Virus record (IMG/VR): IMGVR_UViG_3300045970_000794
Location: 186,001 to 250,000 of that record
Length of the DNA stretch: 64,000 nt
Strand: one strand, 5' to 3'
Below the pieces are notes generated by a model. It worked only from the letters and a program-made list of their open reading frames with translations, made no database searches and was not told the origin of the DNA. The translations under genes were made by a program, and so were the position numbers. This document shows, one piece after another, positions 9,153-19,911 of this stretch. Position 1 is the first letter of the stretch; the number at the start of each line of letters is the position of its first letter.

Positions 9153-9861
9153 ATAATTCACTGATTTTAATTTTATTATTTATTCTTTCAGTTACATTAA
9201 TTAATAACATTTGTGGTGAAAATAATGAGCTAGAACCTTTAGAAAGATTTTCAAAACTCGGAATCGCCCTTAAATTAATAATATCAGCAACTATTTTAAC
9301 ATCTAAATTAACCATAAAACAATCTTTTATTGATACTATATGGTCTATATGGTAATCATTCAGACCTTTACCTACTTTATCTAAATTTTCAATTTGTGTA
9401 GAGCATTGTTTTATAGTTTTTTTAGTATAATATTTAACCCTACTCTTATATTTATAAAATTCTGATTTAGTTTTTAAATATTCATCATATTCAATACCAT
9501 ATTTAGTTTTAAACATTTTAACCATTGATTTATTTCTATCAATATATTTATGGTCTCGTTTAATTATTGGTAAATTTTTTAATTTTATTATTTTATTTAA
9601 AGTATCATATTTAATACCACACTCAATTGCAATTGTTTTTAATGTTTTAGTTTTATCATAATAAATAGATAATACTTTTGAAATAATTCCTTCATTTAAA
9701 TATTTTATATTAACCCCACCACGTTTTTTTCTATTACATTTCATACATAATGTATTTTTATTCGTGGTAGATTTATAACTATCTTTTCGTGTGTAAGTTA
9801 TATTTTCACCACACCCGTCAGTTGGGCATTTACGTTCGAATATTTTATTATCAGTTGTCAT
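9133..9861 (-). CDS. HNH homing endonuclease
   Basis: N-terminal CPTDGC..CMKC; C-terminal YHIDHIVS...NLRAIPSFENLSKG. Confidence 0.8.
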   Translation of the reverse strand: MTTDNKIFERKCPTDGCGENITYTRKDSYKSTTNKNTLCMKCNRKKRGGVNIKYLNEGIISKVLSIYYDKTKTLKTIAIECGIKYDTLNKIIKLKNLPIIKRDHKYIDRNKSMVKMFKTKYGIEYDEYLKTKSEFYKYKSRVKYYTKKTIKQCSTQIENLDKVGKGLNDYHIDHIVSIKDCFMVNLDVKIVADIINLRAIPSFENLSKGSSSLFSPQMLLINVTERINNKIKISELYGFFHK

Positions 9862-9881
9862 ATGATTATAAATATAACACT

Positions 9882-11768
9882 TTAAACCAATAATATGTTT
9901 AAAGTTCCACCTGTAATAAATAATTTATATCTTAGACCAGTATCAGCGGCTGCAAGTATTATTGATGTATCAGCATTTGATACTACTTCTAATGCATTAA
10001 CATAAGTTGTATTGTTAGTATTACCCGTTACTCCAATACCCAATACTACAGTTCCAATACCATTTGCTGTTGATGCTGAACCATGGACAAATGATAATAC
10101 TCCAATCGCCTCTGTTAAATAACCACCAGCATGACTTGATATACCACTTGCGGTAGTTGACCAACCTTCGCTATGACTTGTATAACCAATCGCAGTTGTA
10201 CTAATACCTTCAGAGTGACTACCACTACCACTAGCAGTAGTTCGATATCCTTCAGCATGTGAACCAAATAAACCAATTGCTGTGGTTTCTTTACCTTCAG
10301 CATGACTATTATTACCAACCGCAGTAGTTCGATATCCTTCACTATGACTGTAATCACCGATTGCAGTTGTATCATAACCTTCACCATGACTAGCAGAGCC
10401 ACTTGTTACAGTATTAACACCTTCAGCATGACTATAATCACCAAATGTTTTTGAACCTATACCTTCAGCATGACTGTATAATCCAGTTGTTATTGTATTA
10501 ACACCTTCAACGTGACTATAATCACCCAAAGCAATTGTTTGACTACCTTCTGCATGTGTATATTGACCTAATGCTTTAGAAAAGCGTCCTTCAGCATGAC
10601 TAATTTGACCATTTGCTATAGTACTATTACCTTCAGCATGACTATAATCACCCAAAGCAATTGTTTGACTACCTTCTGCATGTGAATTGATTCCAATTGC
10701 TGTCGTATTGGTACCTTCAGCATGACTAACCCATCCATTTGCTGTGGTTGAAAGACCTTCAGTATGACTAATTTGACCATTTGCTATAGTACTATTACCT
10801 TCTGCATGACTACCACCACCAATTGCCGTTGTCATTTGCCCTTCGGCATGACTATAAGTTCCGCTAGCTATTGTACTACCACCTTCAGCATGACTATTAT
10901 CACCAACCGCAGTAGTTGAACCACCTTCACTATGACTATAAACACCCCCAGCTATCGTAGCATTACCTTCAGCATGACTACTTTGACCAGTTGCTATTGT
11001 ACTATCACCTTCAGCATGACTATTTACACCTAACGCATGTACATTAGTTCCAATAGCAAATGCTGGGCGACCTAATAAAGTAATTAAATTATAAAAACTA
11101 TCACCACTTATAATATTATAAGTTAAAGCTGATATTGAAGAATCAACAATATAAGTTGAATTACTAACAGCATCATAATAATAATCAGTATAACTACAAC
11201 CAACATTAATTAATTGTGTTACTCCAACACCATCATCTAATAAAAATTCAGAGCAAAATTCACCAATATAAACACTCCATTCATTTACAACATCACCAGT
11301 CAAAACTATAGCTGGACCAGAGTATGTTGGGTCACTTGCTGTTATTGTTATAGCTGATACTATTGTTATTGGTGTTTGAATGTAAAGTATTTCACTAGCA
11401 TTTGCTATCGAACCTACACCAATTGCAAAACTAGCTGTAGTCATAGCAGTTGTACCAGACCCAGCAGCTAAAGCATAATCACCAGTAGAATAAATACCAC
11501 TATTATTAATCGCTTTAATTGAATAATTACCAGTAGAACCAGATGTCCAATAGCCCGCATCAATTAAGCCACTAAGATTGGTTGATATTATTTCACCATT
11601 TAATTTAGTATAAACCAAATTACCGCCACTATAAGTTAATCCAGATAATGACATACCTTTTAGATTAACAAAATTATAATCAACATCAGAATGTGATAAT
11701 ACTGAACCAACGGTAATATCATTATATGGACTCGTAATTGTCCTAAGTTTTAATTGTTCATTTGCCAT
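9882..11768 (-). CDS. Tail fibre/spike-like protein with about 20 14-aa SHAEG repeats (YadA-head-like beta-roll)
   Basis: Tandem SHAEGxxTxAxGxx repeats; N-terminal domain shared with 13075..15951. Confidence 0.75.
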   Translation of the reverse strand: MANEQLKLRTITSPYNDITVGSVLSHSDVDYNFVNLKGMSLSGLTYSGGNLVYTKLNGEIISTNLSGLIDAGYWTSGSTGNYSIKAINNSGIYSTGDYALAAGSGTTAMTTASFAIGVGSIANASEILYIQTPITIVSAITITASDPTYSGPAIVLTGDVVNEWSVYIGEFCSEFLLDDGVGVTQLINVGCSYTDYYYDAVSNSTYIVDSSISALTYNIISGDSFYNLITLLGRPAFAIGTNVHALGVNSHAEGDSTIATGQSSHAEGNATIAGGVYSHSEGGSTTAVGDNSHAEGGSTIASGTYSHAEGQMTTAIGGGSHAEGNSTIANGQISHTEGLSTTANGWVSHAEGTNTTAIGINSHAEGSQTIALGDYSHAEGNSTIANGQISHAEGRFSKALGQYTHAEGSQTIALGDYSHVEGVNTITTGLYSHAEGIGSKTFGDYSHAEGVNTVTSGSASHGEGYDTTAIGDYSHSEGYRTTAVGNNSHAEGKETTAIGLFGSHAEGYRTTASGSGSHSEGISTTAIGYTSHSEGWSTTASGISSHAGGYLTEAIGVLSFVHGSASTANGIGTVVLGIGVTGNTNNTTYVNALEVVSNADTSIILAAADTGLRYKLFITGGTLNILLV

Positions 11769-11840
11769 TTTTTTTGTTTTTATATAAATATTAATAAAAT
11801 TAGATTACCACTAAATAATGTTGTGATATATTAATTAATA

Positions 11841-13052
11841 TTAATATTCCTTAACATTTATAACACCATTTACAGTTACATTAGTAGTTATTGGTCTAAT
11901 ACAAAGAACTATTTGGTCCATCGTATTATTCAAACTACAACCAAGAAATGCTAAGAAATCTTTTTCAAATAAATTGGTTGGTATTTGTTGACCTGTACCA
12001 ATAATTCCACTACATAATTCCCTTCCACTTGCAGTTACTGTGGTTGATATAGCTGCGACTGCTGAACCATTTGCTTCCTCAATACATGAGCCAGAAAGTG
12101 ATGTATATGTTAGTGGTGCAGATAATGTAGGATTTAATTGTAATGTCCAGTAAACAATATCATTTGTACTAGAACAATATACACCAACACCAGTTACTTT
12201 TACAGCGCAATCCCTATGTGTTGCTAGTTTTCTTATTGCTTTAAGTGGGTATATTGTACCAATAACTGCGATAGTATTTGATGCTACGGCCGCTGTAGAT
12301 AATGACTGTACTGAATTGTTGTAACCATGTTCTTCAGTACTTCCTTCAGTAGCTACTTGAGAACAAATATATCTGAGAGAACCAGTTCCAGTTGTACTTT
12401 TTATTTCATATCGTATTGGTTGATTTGGTGATAGAATGAATACATCAGTTGCACTTCCCGCATAATTTACTGTATGACATAAAACAAATCCTTGGTCTGT
12501 TTTTAAAAACAATCTTAAAACTGCACCCCCAAGCCATAAAAAGTCAAATAATATAACTGTAAAATGACTCCAATCATATGTTGATACTGAATTATAATTC
12601 GTCCAAGCACTCATAGGTACATCAACTGTTGTTGTTCCAGACCTTGATGCTTTTATCGAAATTGTTGTTCCGTTATTTTCTAACCAAAACCCATCAGTTG
12701 TCGCTGAATATGGTACTGTTGCTGATGTACTAAAGTACCCAACCCTCTTTGTTGTACCAGTTTCCGATTGAAAATTATCAAATGTACATTCACACATTTG
12801 CGATTTACCAGCAAAATACGGTGCAAATCTTCTCGTTTGTCTTACGAGATATTGGCCAGCAGTGACACTCATATTATATTTATTTTGACCATATAACCCA
12901 GTTCCAGTACCTTGTGTGTCAAAAACATTTGTATTGTCAGTATTAAGGATTTTACCATCAACCAAAGTCGTTATTTGTGAAATTCTCACACGTGTTCCAG
13001 CATCAAGAGTTGATGTTGCTGGGTTTAAACTTGTTGTTCCAAAGTAACTCAT
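11841..13052 (-). CDS. Putative virion structural protein
   Basis: Thr/Ser/Gly-rich beta-type composition within the tail-fibre operon. Confidence 0.5.
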   Translation of the reverse strand: MSYFGTTSLNPATSTLDAGTRVRISQITTLVDGKILNTDNTNVFDTQGTGTGLYGQNKYNMSVTAGQYLVRQTRRFAPYFAGKSQMCECTFDNFQSETGTTKRVGYFSTSATVPYSATTDGFWLENNGTTISIKASRSGTTTVDVPMSAWTNYNSVSTYDWSHFTVILFDFLWLGGAVLRLFLKTDQGFVLCHTVNYAGSATDVFILSPNQPIRYEIKSTTGTGSLRYICSQVATEGSTEEHGYNNSVQSLSTAAVASNTIAVIGTIYPLKAIRKLATHRDCAVKVTGVGVYCSSTNDIVYWTLQLNPTLSAPLTYTSLSGSCIEEANGSAVAAISTTVTASGRELCSGIIGTGQQIPTNLFEKDFLAFLGCSLNNTMDQIVLCIRPITTNVTVNGVINVKEY

Positions 13053-13074
13053 ATTATTTATTTTTATATTGTTA

Positions 13075-15951
13075 TTAAATTATCCACCATGCTATTCCAT
13101 CTGTTACAATTTTCATTGCATTTGGTTTTATTATTGTTTGTGTTAGTTCTTCTTCAATTTTTTCACTTGCATTACCGTCCATAGTGCAAACTCCTGTATT
13201 TATATTTTTAATTGTATAAACCCTATTGGTACATCCAGAAGCTGGGGGTAATGTCACTGTTGTTGCTCCTGTTGAATTAACAAGAACAATATTATGTGCT
13301 GATGATAATGTTGTATTTCCAGTTATTGTTGTAACTTTCTTACCTTCTGAACCAGCATTATCTAGAGTTGAAACTGGTGCTGTTGTTCCAATACCAACAT
13401 TACCATTTCCTTTTACACTAAACCTTATTCCACTTGTTAAAGTATATGCAACTGCGGAACGAGGAGTTGTTGAAAAAGCTACAGTTGTATCTAACACTGT
13501 ATCAGAAGTAATTGTAGAAATTGTTCTAACTGTTTCACCTGCTACTGTAAGTGTGTCACCTACTTTAAATGTATTTGTAAATTGAGTTTTTACACCTATT
13601 AATGTTGTAGAGCTTCCAGTAGTAGACACTGTTCCAGGACCTGTTGTTGCTTGTGCAACGTCCAAATTTGATGTAGGTGTAGCAGTTCCAAATCCATTAT
13701 TTTGATTTAATTTAACAATAAATTTTGAATAAACAGCTGGGTTAAAAGCATCTAATAATCCACCATTATAACCATCTCTCAATGCAACATTAAAATCTCC
13801 AGTTGCATTTGATACTTGGAATAATGCCATATTTGTAACATCACTTGTAGATTTAACGAATGAATTATTTATCAACGGGTCTGATTTTACTGAAAATCCA
13901 AAGTAAGGTTGATAACCACTTCTTGTTACTCCTATATTATAATAACTAAGATTTACTGCTGTTCCCCAACTTATATTATCTCTACCTGCTCCTTGTATTC
14001 CAATAGATAATCTGTCGGTTGGAGCTGTTAAACCAATTCCAACGCTACCATTACCTAATACAGTCATTCTATTTCCACCAACTAATGTATATGCTTTAGC
14101 TGATATTGCAGCACCTACAGCATTTGTGGTTAAAGATGTATTACTAGCAATAGTAGCAATAGTTAAAGTTTGTCCTTCACTTGTAATAGTATCACCAACT
14201 TTAAATGTATTTAAAAACCAAGTGTCAACTCCTGTCCAAGTAGTTCCACTTGCTGCTACTGAAACAGTTCCAATACCTGTAGTTGGTTGCCATACATCAA
14301 GATTACCATAAGCAGTAGTTCCACCAATTGTTACTCTTGTAGCATTTGCACCTGTTCCACCAAGAACCATTAAATTAGATTCATCACCCACAGCATTAAA
14401 ACCAATACAAGTTAAATAATTTCTTTGTGTTGCTGATGCTTGACCAGTATTTACTCCAAGTAATGTTTGATATTGTCCCGATGTTGTTGCATTAGCTGTA
14501 ACATTATTAGCATTATATCCAGCTCCTGAACCTACTGCTGTATTATAACTACCAGTGGTAGTTAATAAAGTATAATAACCTACTGCTGTATTGTAAGTTG
14601 TATATATTCCATCCCTTAAAGTCCAAGCTCCTAATGCTGTGTTACCAGCACCTGTATTTGAATAACCAGCTCTATTACCAACAAGAGTATTATAACTACC
14701 AGTTATATTATTATAACCAGCATAATAACCTGAAAAATAATTATATACTCCTGTTGTGTTTTTATTACCAGCATAAGCTCCAAAAAAATCTCCTGAACCA
14801 AAAGTTAAAGCTAGCCCAGCACCTTTTCCTAATTTAGTAGTCTGCGCATCAATCATCATTGATTTTACATTATCTACTTTAATAAAATCGTTTGTTGTAT
14901 TTGGTCTTGAATAATAACCTGCTGTACTACCTAGTGAAGCATCAGTAGCAGTATCAACATAAGTAGTATCTATATTATTATTTATTGTTGCAACTAAAAA
15001 ATCATTATACCAATAAGGACTAGCTGCCTTACTTCTATAAATTCTTCTTCCTGTAACTCTAGGGTCTGATGATACTGGTAAATTAACTGTTACTGTATTA
15101 TTTCCAGCTGTTGTTGTTATTGTCGCACCTTGTCCTGATGATTCTGTTTCACCTAGTGCAGTAATATACATAACTTGATACCAATGCTGTCCAGTATCTA
15201 CTGAACCTCCTGCACTAACTGTTCCTGTTGTTTGTGGTGCTTTTATAACAAAATTAAAATTCATTCCTGTATCAGTTGTTATATTGTCTGATGAAGTTGT
15301 ACCACCAACATATAATGCGGTTGTTCCTGTTGCAGCCGCATTTCCTATTATAACTCTTTTATTTGTTGAATTAATAGTTAAAATTGGTGTTGTTCCATCT
15401 GACTTTGTAATTGTAACCGCACTAATAGAATCAATTGATGGTGATATATTTGGTGTAATTATTTTGGTTGATGCTGATAATGTTGGCACAGTAAGGTTAC
15501 CCGTCATTGTATCACCAGTAATATGAACAAATATATCAGTTAAACTTGAACCATTTATAGTTATTGTATTAGCAGAAATTGTTGTAGCACTAATGGTTGG
15601 TACATTTAATTGACCAGTCATTGTATCACCAGTGATATTTACATATAATCCATCTAATTCAGTAATTGTATGATGAATTGATGTATCACCAGTATGATTA
15701 CTAAATTGAATCAACGTGGTATAACCAGATGTTATACCAGAAGCTGACGATATGTTAGTATATAATACATCACCATTTAATTTTGTGTAAATTAATGTAT
15801 CACCACTCATTACAATCCCAGATACTGATAATCCTTTTAGATTAATGAGATTATTATCAACCTCAATTGCTGATATAGCCCCATTAACCGTTATATCATC
15901 ATACGGACTAGTTGTAAACCTTAGTTTTATTTTATCACTTGTAATACTCAT
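13075..15951 (-). CDS. Tail fibre-like protein
   Basis: N-terminal anchor domain, NTAVG repeats, GNVGIGT motifs, duplicated GTVS..FxNTFKVGDT module, C-terminal TVTLP..YTIKN domain. Confidence 0.75.
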   Translation of the reverse strand: MSITSDKIKLRFTTSPYDDITVNGAISAIEVDNNLINLKGLSVSGIVMSGDTLIYTKLNGDVLYTNISSASGITSGYTTLIQFSNHTGDTSIHHTITELDGLYVNITGDTMTGQLNVPTISATTISANTITINGSSLTDIFVHITGDTMTGNLTVPTLSASTKIITPNISPSIDSISAVTITKSDGTTPILTINSTNKRVIIGNAAATGTTALYVGGTTSSDNITTDTGMNFNFVIKAPQTTGTVSAGGSVDTGQHWYQVMYITALGETESSGQGATITTTAGNNTVTVNLPVSSDPRVTGRRIYRSKAASPYWYNDFLVATINNNIDTTYVDTATDASLGSTAGYYSRPNTTNDFIKVDNVKSMMIDAQTTKLGKGAGLALTFGSGDFFGAYAGNKNTTGVYNYFSGYYAGYNNITGSYNTLVGNRAGYSNTGAGNTALGAWTLRDGIYTTYNTAVGYYTLLTTTGSYNTAVGSGAGYNANNVTANATTSGQYQTLLGVNTGQASATQRNYLTCIGFNAVGDESNLMVLGGTGANATRVTIGGTTAYGNLDVWQPTTGIGTVSVAASGTTWTGVDTWFLNTFKVGDTITSEGQTLTIATIASNTSLTTNAVGAAISAKAYTLVGGNRMTVLGNGSVGIGLTAPTDRLSIGIQGAGRDNISWGTAVNLSYYNIGVTRSGYQPYFGFSVKSDPLINNSFVKSTSDVTNMALFQVSNATGDFNVALRDGYNGGLLDAFNPAVYSKFIVKLNQNNGFGTATPTSNLDVAQATTGPGTVSTTGSSTTLIGVKTQFTNTFKVGDTLTVAGETVRTISTITSDTVLDTTVAFSTTPRSAVAYTLTSGIRFSVKGNGNVGIGTTAPVSTLDNAGSEGKKVTTITGNTTLSSAHNIVLVNSTGATTVTLPPASGCTNRVYTIKNINTGVCTMDGNASEKIEEELTQTIIKPNAMKIVTDGIAWWII

Positions 15952-15967
15952 TTTATAATTGTTTTAA

Positions 15968-18115
15968 TTAAACTGGAATTGTTGATAAATTTCCACTATC
16001 ATCAACAACCAATCTAAATTCTGTTCCACCAGATGATTTAATTATTATACCATTCACAGTATTAACATATAATTGTGTAACATATGTAGTATAAGCACTA
16101 GTAGCAGTAATCCCACTACCAGCGATAATTGCGCTACTTTCGGCTGATACATTTGTTGTATTACCACTACCACCTAATATTTGAGAATAAGGTGCATTGG
16201 TAATATTATATTGACCACTTACATGTGAACAAATAGCTATTGCTGTTGTATATCTACCTTCACTATGTGACGCATCACCACTTGCTATAGTGCTTAAACC
16301 TTCAGCGTGACTACCATAATTACCACCAGCTATCGTAATATGACCTTCAGCATGACTACTTTCGCCAGATGCTATCGTACCAATACCTTCAGAGTGACTA
16401 CCATTATTACCACTGGCTTTAGTTCCATACCCTTCAGCATGACTACCACGTAGACCAATGCTAGTGGTTAATTCACCTTCTGCATGACTTGATGAACCAC
16501 TTGCTACTGTAGCATTACCTTCAGCATGACTATAATCACCAAATGCTTTTGTATTATTACCTTCAGTATGTGAATTGATTCCAATTGCTGATGTATATTC
16601 ACCTTCAGCATGACTAACCCACCCATTTGCTATCGTATTCATACCTTCAGCATGACTAACCTGACCAAAAGCAGTAGTATTGGTACCTTCAGCATGACTA
16701 GCACCACCATTTGCCGTTGTCATTTGCCCTTCGGCATGACTACCAAAAATACCGATAGCAATTGTTCGGTCACCTTCAGCATGACTTCGAATTCCACTTG
16801 CTATAGTAGTGTATCCTTCAGCGTGACTATTATCACCACCAGCAGTAGTACCAGCACCTTCAGCATGACTACTACTACCAGTTGCTTTAGTATTATTACC
16901 TTCAGCATGGCTTGAACTACCTAAAGCAATTGTAAAATTACCTTCAGCTACTGAATAATCACCAATTGCATCTAAATCTGTACTATTATTTGCCTTAATT
17001 GATGATATACCAGCAGAGCCACCTAACCATAATGAACTACCAGCACCACCATTAACGACATTGCCACTTACATCAATACCTAAATTATTTATTGAAGTTC
17101 CAGTATTTAAATTTAAAATATTAAGGTAAGGTACATATACTGTATCATCGGATGGTCCAGTCATTCCACTTCCACCAATAACAACACTTCTAGCACCATC
17201 AACGGTTGAATTGTATGAATGTATAAATGAAGCTAAACCATTTGCCGTTGTAGTAAAACCACCAGCATGACTATAATTACCAATAGCTTTAGCCATATAT
17301 CCTTGAGCATGTGACGTTGAACCACTAGCAGTTGAGTTATTACCCTCAGCATGTGACCTAACACCAATCGTAGTGGTTAAATAACCTTCTGCGTGACTAT
17401 TATCGCCATAAGCTTTAGTTAAATTACCTTCTGCATGTGTTGTTGAACCAGTAGCAGTTGTTGACCAACCTTCAGTGTGACTATAATTACCTAAAGCTTT
17501 AGTTAATCGACCTTCAGCATGAACAGCATCACCACTTGCAGTAGTTCCACTACCTTCAGCATGACTTGAATTACCAAATGCTTTAGTACTTTCACCTTCA
17601 GTGTGAGTATAAAATCCAGTTGCTGTGGTTAGATGTCCTTCAGTATGTGTACCAGTACCACTAGATACAGTTCTCCAACCTTCACTATGTGAATAATCAC
17701 CATATGCGACTGTTGAATTATTTTGTGAATGTGAATTAGGTCCTAATGCTGTTGTATTTTGACCTTCAGCGTGACTATTAGCACCGCTAGCAATCGTACT
17801 TATACCTTCGGAATGACTATTATTTCCACTTGCAGTAGTTGAACCACCTTCAGCGTGCGCCCCAAAACTACCAGTTGCTTTAGTTCTATAACCCTCAGCA
17901 ATAGCGTAATTACCAGTAGCATCAATAGTAGTATTACCAGTACTAGTAGCCATTCTAACTGATGTAATACCAGTAGAACCAGGTTGCCAAGGTAATGTTG
18001 TAGTAATACCACTTAATGTAATTTTTTTAGTTACACCACCAGCTACTGTTACGAATAAATCGGAACCGCTTGGTGTTAAATTCTCTGTATATTGAGATAT
18101 TTTTTTATTTGACAT
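15968..18115 (-). CDS. Tail fibre/spike-like protein with two arrays of SHAEG repeats
   Basis: N-terminal KKISQY motif; two blocks of 14-aa repeats. Confidence 0.75.
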   Translation of the reverse strand: MSNKKISQYTENLTPSGSDLFVTVAGGVTKKITLSGITTTLPWQPGSTGITSVRMATSTGNTTIDATGNYAIAEGYRTKATGSFGAHAEGGSTTASGNNSHSEGISTIASGANSHAEGQNTTALGPNSHSQNNSTVAYGDYSHSEGWRTVSSGTGTHTEGHLTTATGFYTHTEGESTKAFGNSSHAEGSGTTASGDAVHAEGRLTKALGNYSHTEGWSTTATGSTTHAEGNLTKAYGDNSHAEGYLTTTIGVRSHAEGNNSTASGSTSHAQGYMAKAIGNYSHAGGFTTTANGLASFIHSYNSTVDGARSVVIGGSGMTGPSDDTVYVPYLNILNLNTGTSINNLGIDVSGNVVNGGAGSSLWLGGSAGISSIKANNSTDLDAIGDYSVAEGNFTIALGSSSHAEGNNTKATGSSSHAEGAGTTAGGDNSHAEGYTTIASGIRSHAEGDRTIAIGIFGSHAEGQMTTANGGASHAEGTNTTAFGQVSHAEGMNTIANGWVSHAEGEYTSAIGINSHTEGNNTKAFGDYSHAEGNATVASGSSSHAEGELTTSIGLRGSHAEGYGTKASGNNGSHSEGIGTIASGESSHAEGHITIAGGNYGSHAEGLSTIASGDASHSEGRYTTAIAICSHVSGQYNITNAPYSQILGGSGNTTNVSAESSAIIAGSGITATSAYTTYVTQLYVNTVNGIIIKSSGGTEFRLVVDDSGNLSTIPV

Positions 18116-18127
18116 AGTTTATAGTTT

Positions 18128-19909
18128 TTATTCTTCAATTATATGATTTCCATTTTCATCTAAGATGATACTTCCATTTTCAGCTAATATTCCATCACCG
18201 CTTATTATTACGCTTGGACCACAAGGGCATGCACATGAATGGCCATATTGATTCATTTCACTTTCATAATTATTTTTAATTGCACACCATGATAATTCCT
18301 CATCATAGTATCTGAATTGTGAAATACCACCAATGAATGTTCCAGCAAAGTTTTCCTCAATTAATAAATTAAAATCTGATGGGTCTGGACCATCAAATGT
18401 TTGTGATTCCAATAATCCTTGTGAACCACCACCAATACTTATATTGAAAGGAACACCCTGTTGTTTTTCTTTGAATTCATCCAATTCTCTAGGTACAATC
18501 TCAATAAAATCTCGTACAATATATTTAAGATGACCATTAATGTAAAACATTAACTTTCCAACTCTTGGTGGACCGTATAATAATTGACACTCATCATAAG
18601 TTGTATCGGCAACCCATCTAACAACAACATGGGTCCATTCATCATTACTAACTAACCCACTCATTGAGTAAGATTCTTCAATAGTAGCCGCAGTTGTACC
18701 ACCACTAGTACAAGTATATATTATTCTTCGATAGCCAACACTACCATCTTCTCTAATCCTAAAGCCAGCCGCATTGTAAACAACATCACCAGACCAATTA
18801 AGTGGATTAATTTCAGTTGTTCTACCAGTATAATCACACGCAGTAAATCCAGTACCATCACCACCACAGCCACAACCTGTTGAACCACTATGTACACGAT
18901 TATAAATTAAAAATTGATTTTCGTAATCAGTATAAACTGTTGTTGATGTTACACTTATTGAACCACCAGTAAAATTACATGCAGTTACATTATGTGGTAA
19001 ACCATTATCATCACCATTGCAACTATTACAACTACCGCTAAAAGAACGATTATAAATTAAAAATTGATTATCGATATCTCTAATAAATAATTTTGGTGGG
19101 TCCAATGGATATCCACTACTACTTGTCATTTCATATTCTTTTGGAATTGTGCACCATTCTGTACATCCAGAAGTACATCCAGAAGCAATCTCATTTTGAC
19201 CACTCCAAACATTCCAAAATTTATTTTCAGCTCTAGCACCAATGTATAAAAAGAATCCCACATTATTTGGATAATCATCATTCAATGTCGTACCAGTGTA
19301 ACCACTACACATATCTTGTTTATTCAACCAAAACTCAGTAACCCAGCCTTTATGCATTCTATTAGGTAATGTTTGATAATCATAATCATGTAGTTTGTAG
19401 AATCCTTGATAGAATCCACCACAAAGTTGAACATATTGACCAACAGTATTTGCAGTGCTAGCACCAACAATATCAATCGGGTAAATATAATTATTAGTCA
19501 TACCAGTTACTTGATGCATCCAAAACATTGTATCACTTGATAATATTGTCAATGATGACATAGTAAGAGCACTCAATAAGGCATTATTTTCAGTATCGCC
19601 ACTAGCTTTAATATATGTAATTAAACCATTATCAATACCAACTAACCCGATATCAATTAATGTTAAACCAGTAGTACCAATAGCACTGGCAGTAGCACCA
19701 GTCCATGTAGATAAACTGTATATGTTTGTATTTCCAGTATTAAAAATATCTAAATTATTGAAATCGAAATATCCAACTAATGAATCACCAGTTAGAACCC
19801 CAATATAAGGTTCATAGTAGGTTTCATCAGAACTGATATACATATCCCAATAATCGCTATCACTTAAACGTAAATCGATATTTCTAAAATAATAATTTCT
19901 TAAACCCAT
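18128..19909 (-). CDS. Cys-rich virion protein with LamG/concanavalin-like domain
   Basis: WTHVVVRW..LMFYING..ISIGGG..FIGGISQFRYYDEEL; duplicated NQFLIYNR..C module. Confidence 0.6.
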   Translation of the reverse strand: MGLRNYYFRNIDLRLSDSDYWDMYISSDETYYEPYIGVLTGDSLVGYFDFNNLDIFNTGNTNIYSLSTWTGATASAIGTTGLTLIDIGLVGIDNGLITYIKASGDTENNALLSALTMSSLTILSSDTMFWMHQVTGMTNNYIYPIDIVGASTANTVGQYVQLCGGFYQGFYKLHDYDYQTLPNRMHKGWVTEFWLNKQDMCSGYTGTTLNDDYPNNVGFFLYIGARAENKFWNVWSGQNEIASGCTSGCTEWCTIPKEYEMTSSSGYPLDPPKLFIRDIDNQFLIYNRSFSGSCNSCNGDDNGLPHNVTACNFTGGSISVTSTTVYTDYENQFLIYNRVHSGSTGCGCGGDGTGFTACDYTGRTTEINPLNWSGDVVYNAAGFRIREDGSVGYRRIIYTCTSGGTTAATIEESYSMSGLVSNDEWTHVVVRWVADTTYDECQLLYGPPRVGKLMFYINGHLKYIVRDFIEIVPRELDEFKEKQQGVPFNISIGGGSQGLLESQTFDGPDPSDFNLLIEENFAGTFIGGISQFRYYDEELSWCAIKNNYESEMNQYGHSCACPCGPSVIISGDGILAENGSIILDENGNHIIEE

Positions 19910-19911
19910 GA

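Noticed and set aside
9110-9925. GGTLNIL (fibre end) versus GATLNIL (BppU-like start) flanking the HNH as a duplication
   Set aside because: It pairs a C-terminus with an unrelated N-terminus over a short low-complexity match; probably chance.
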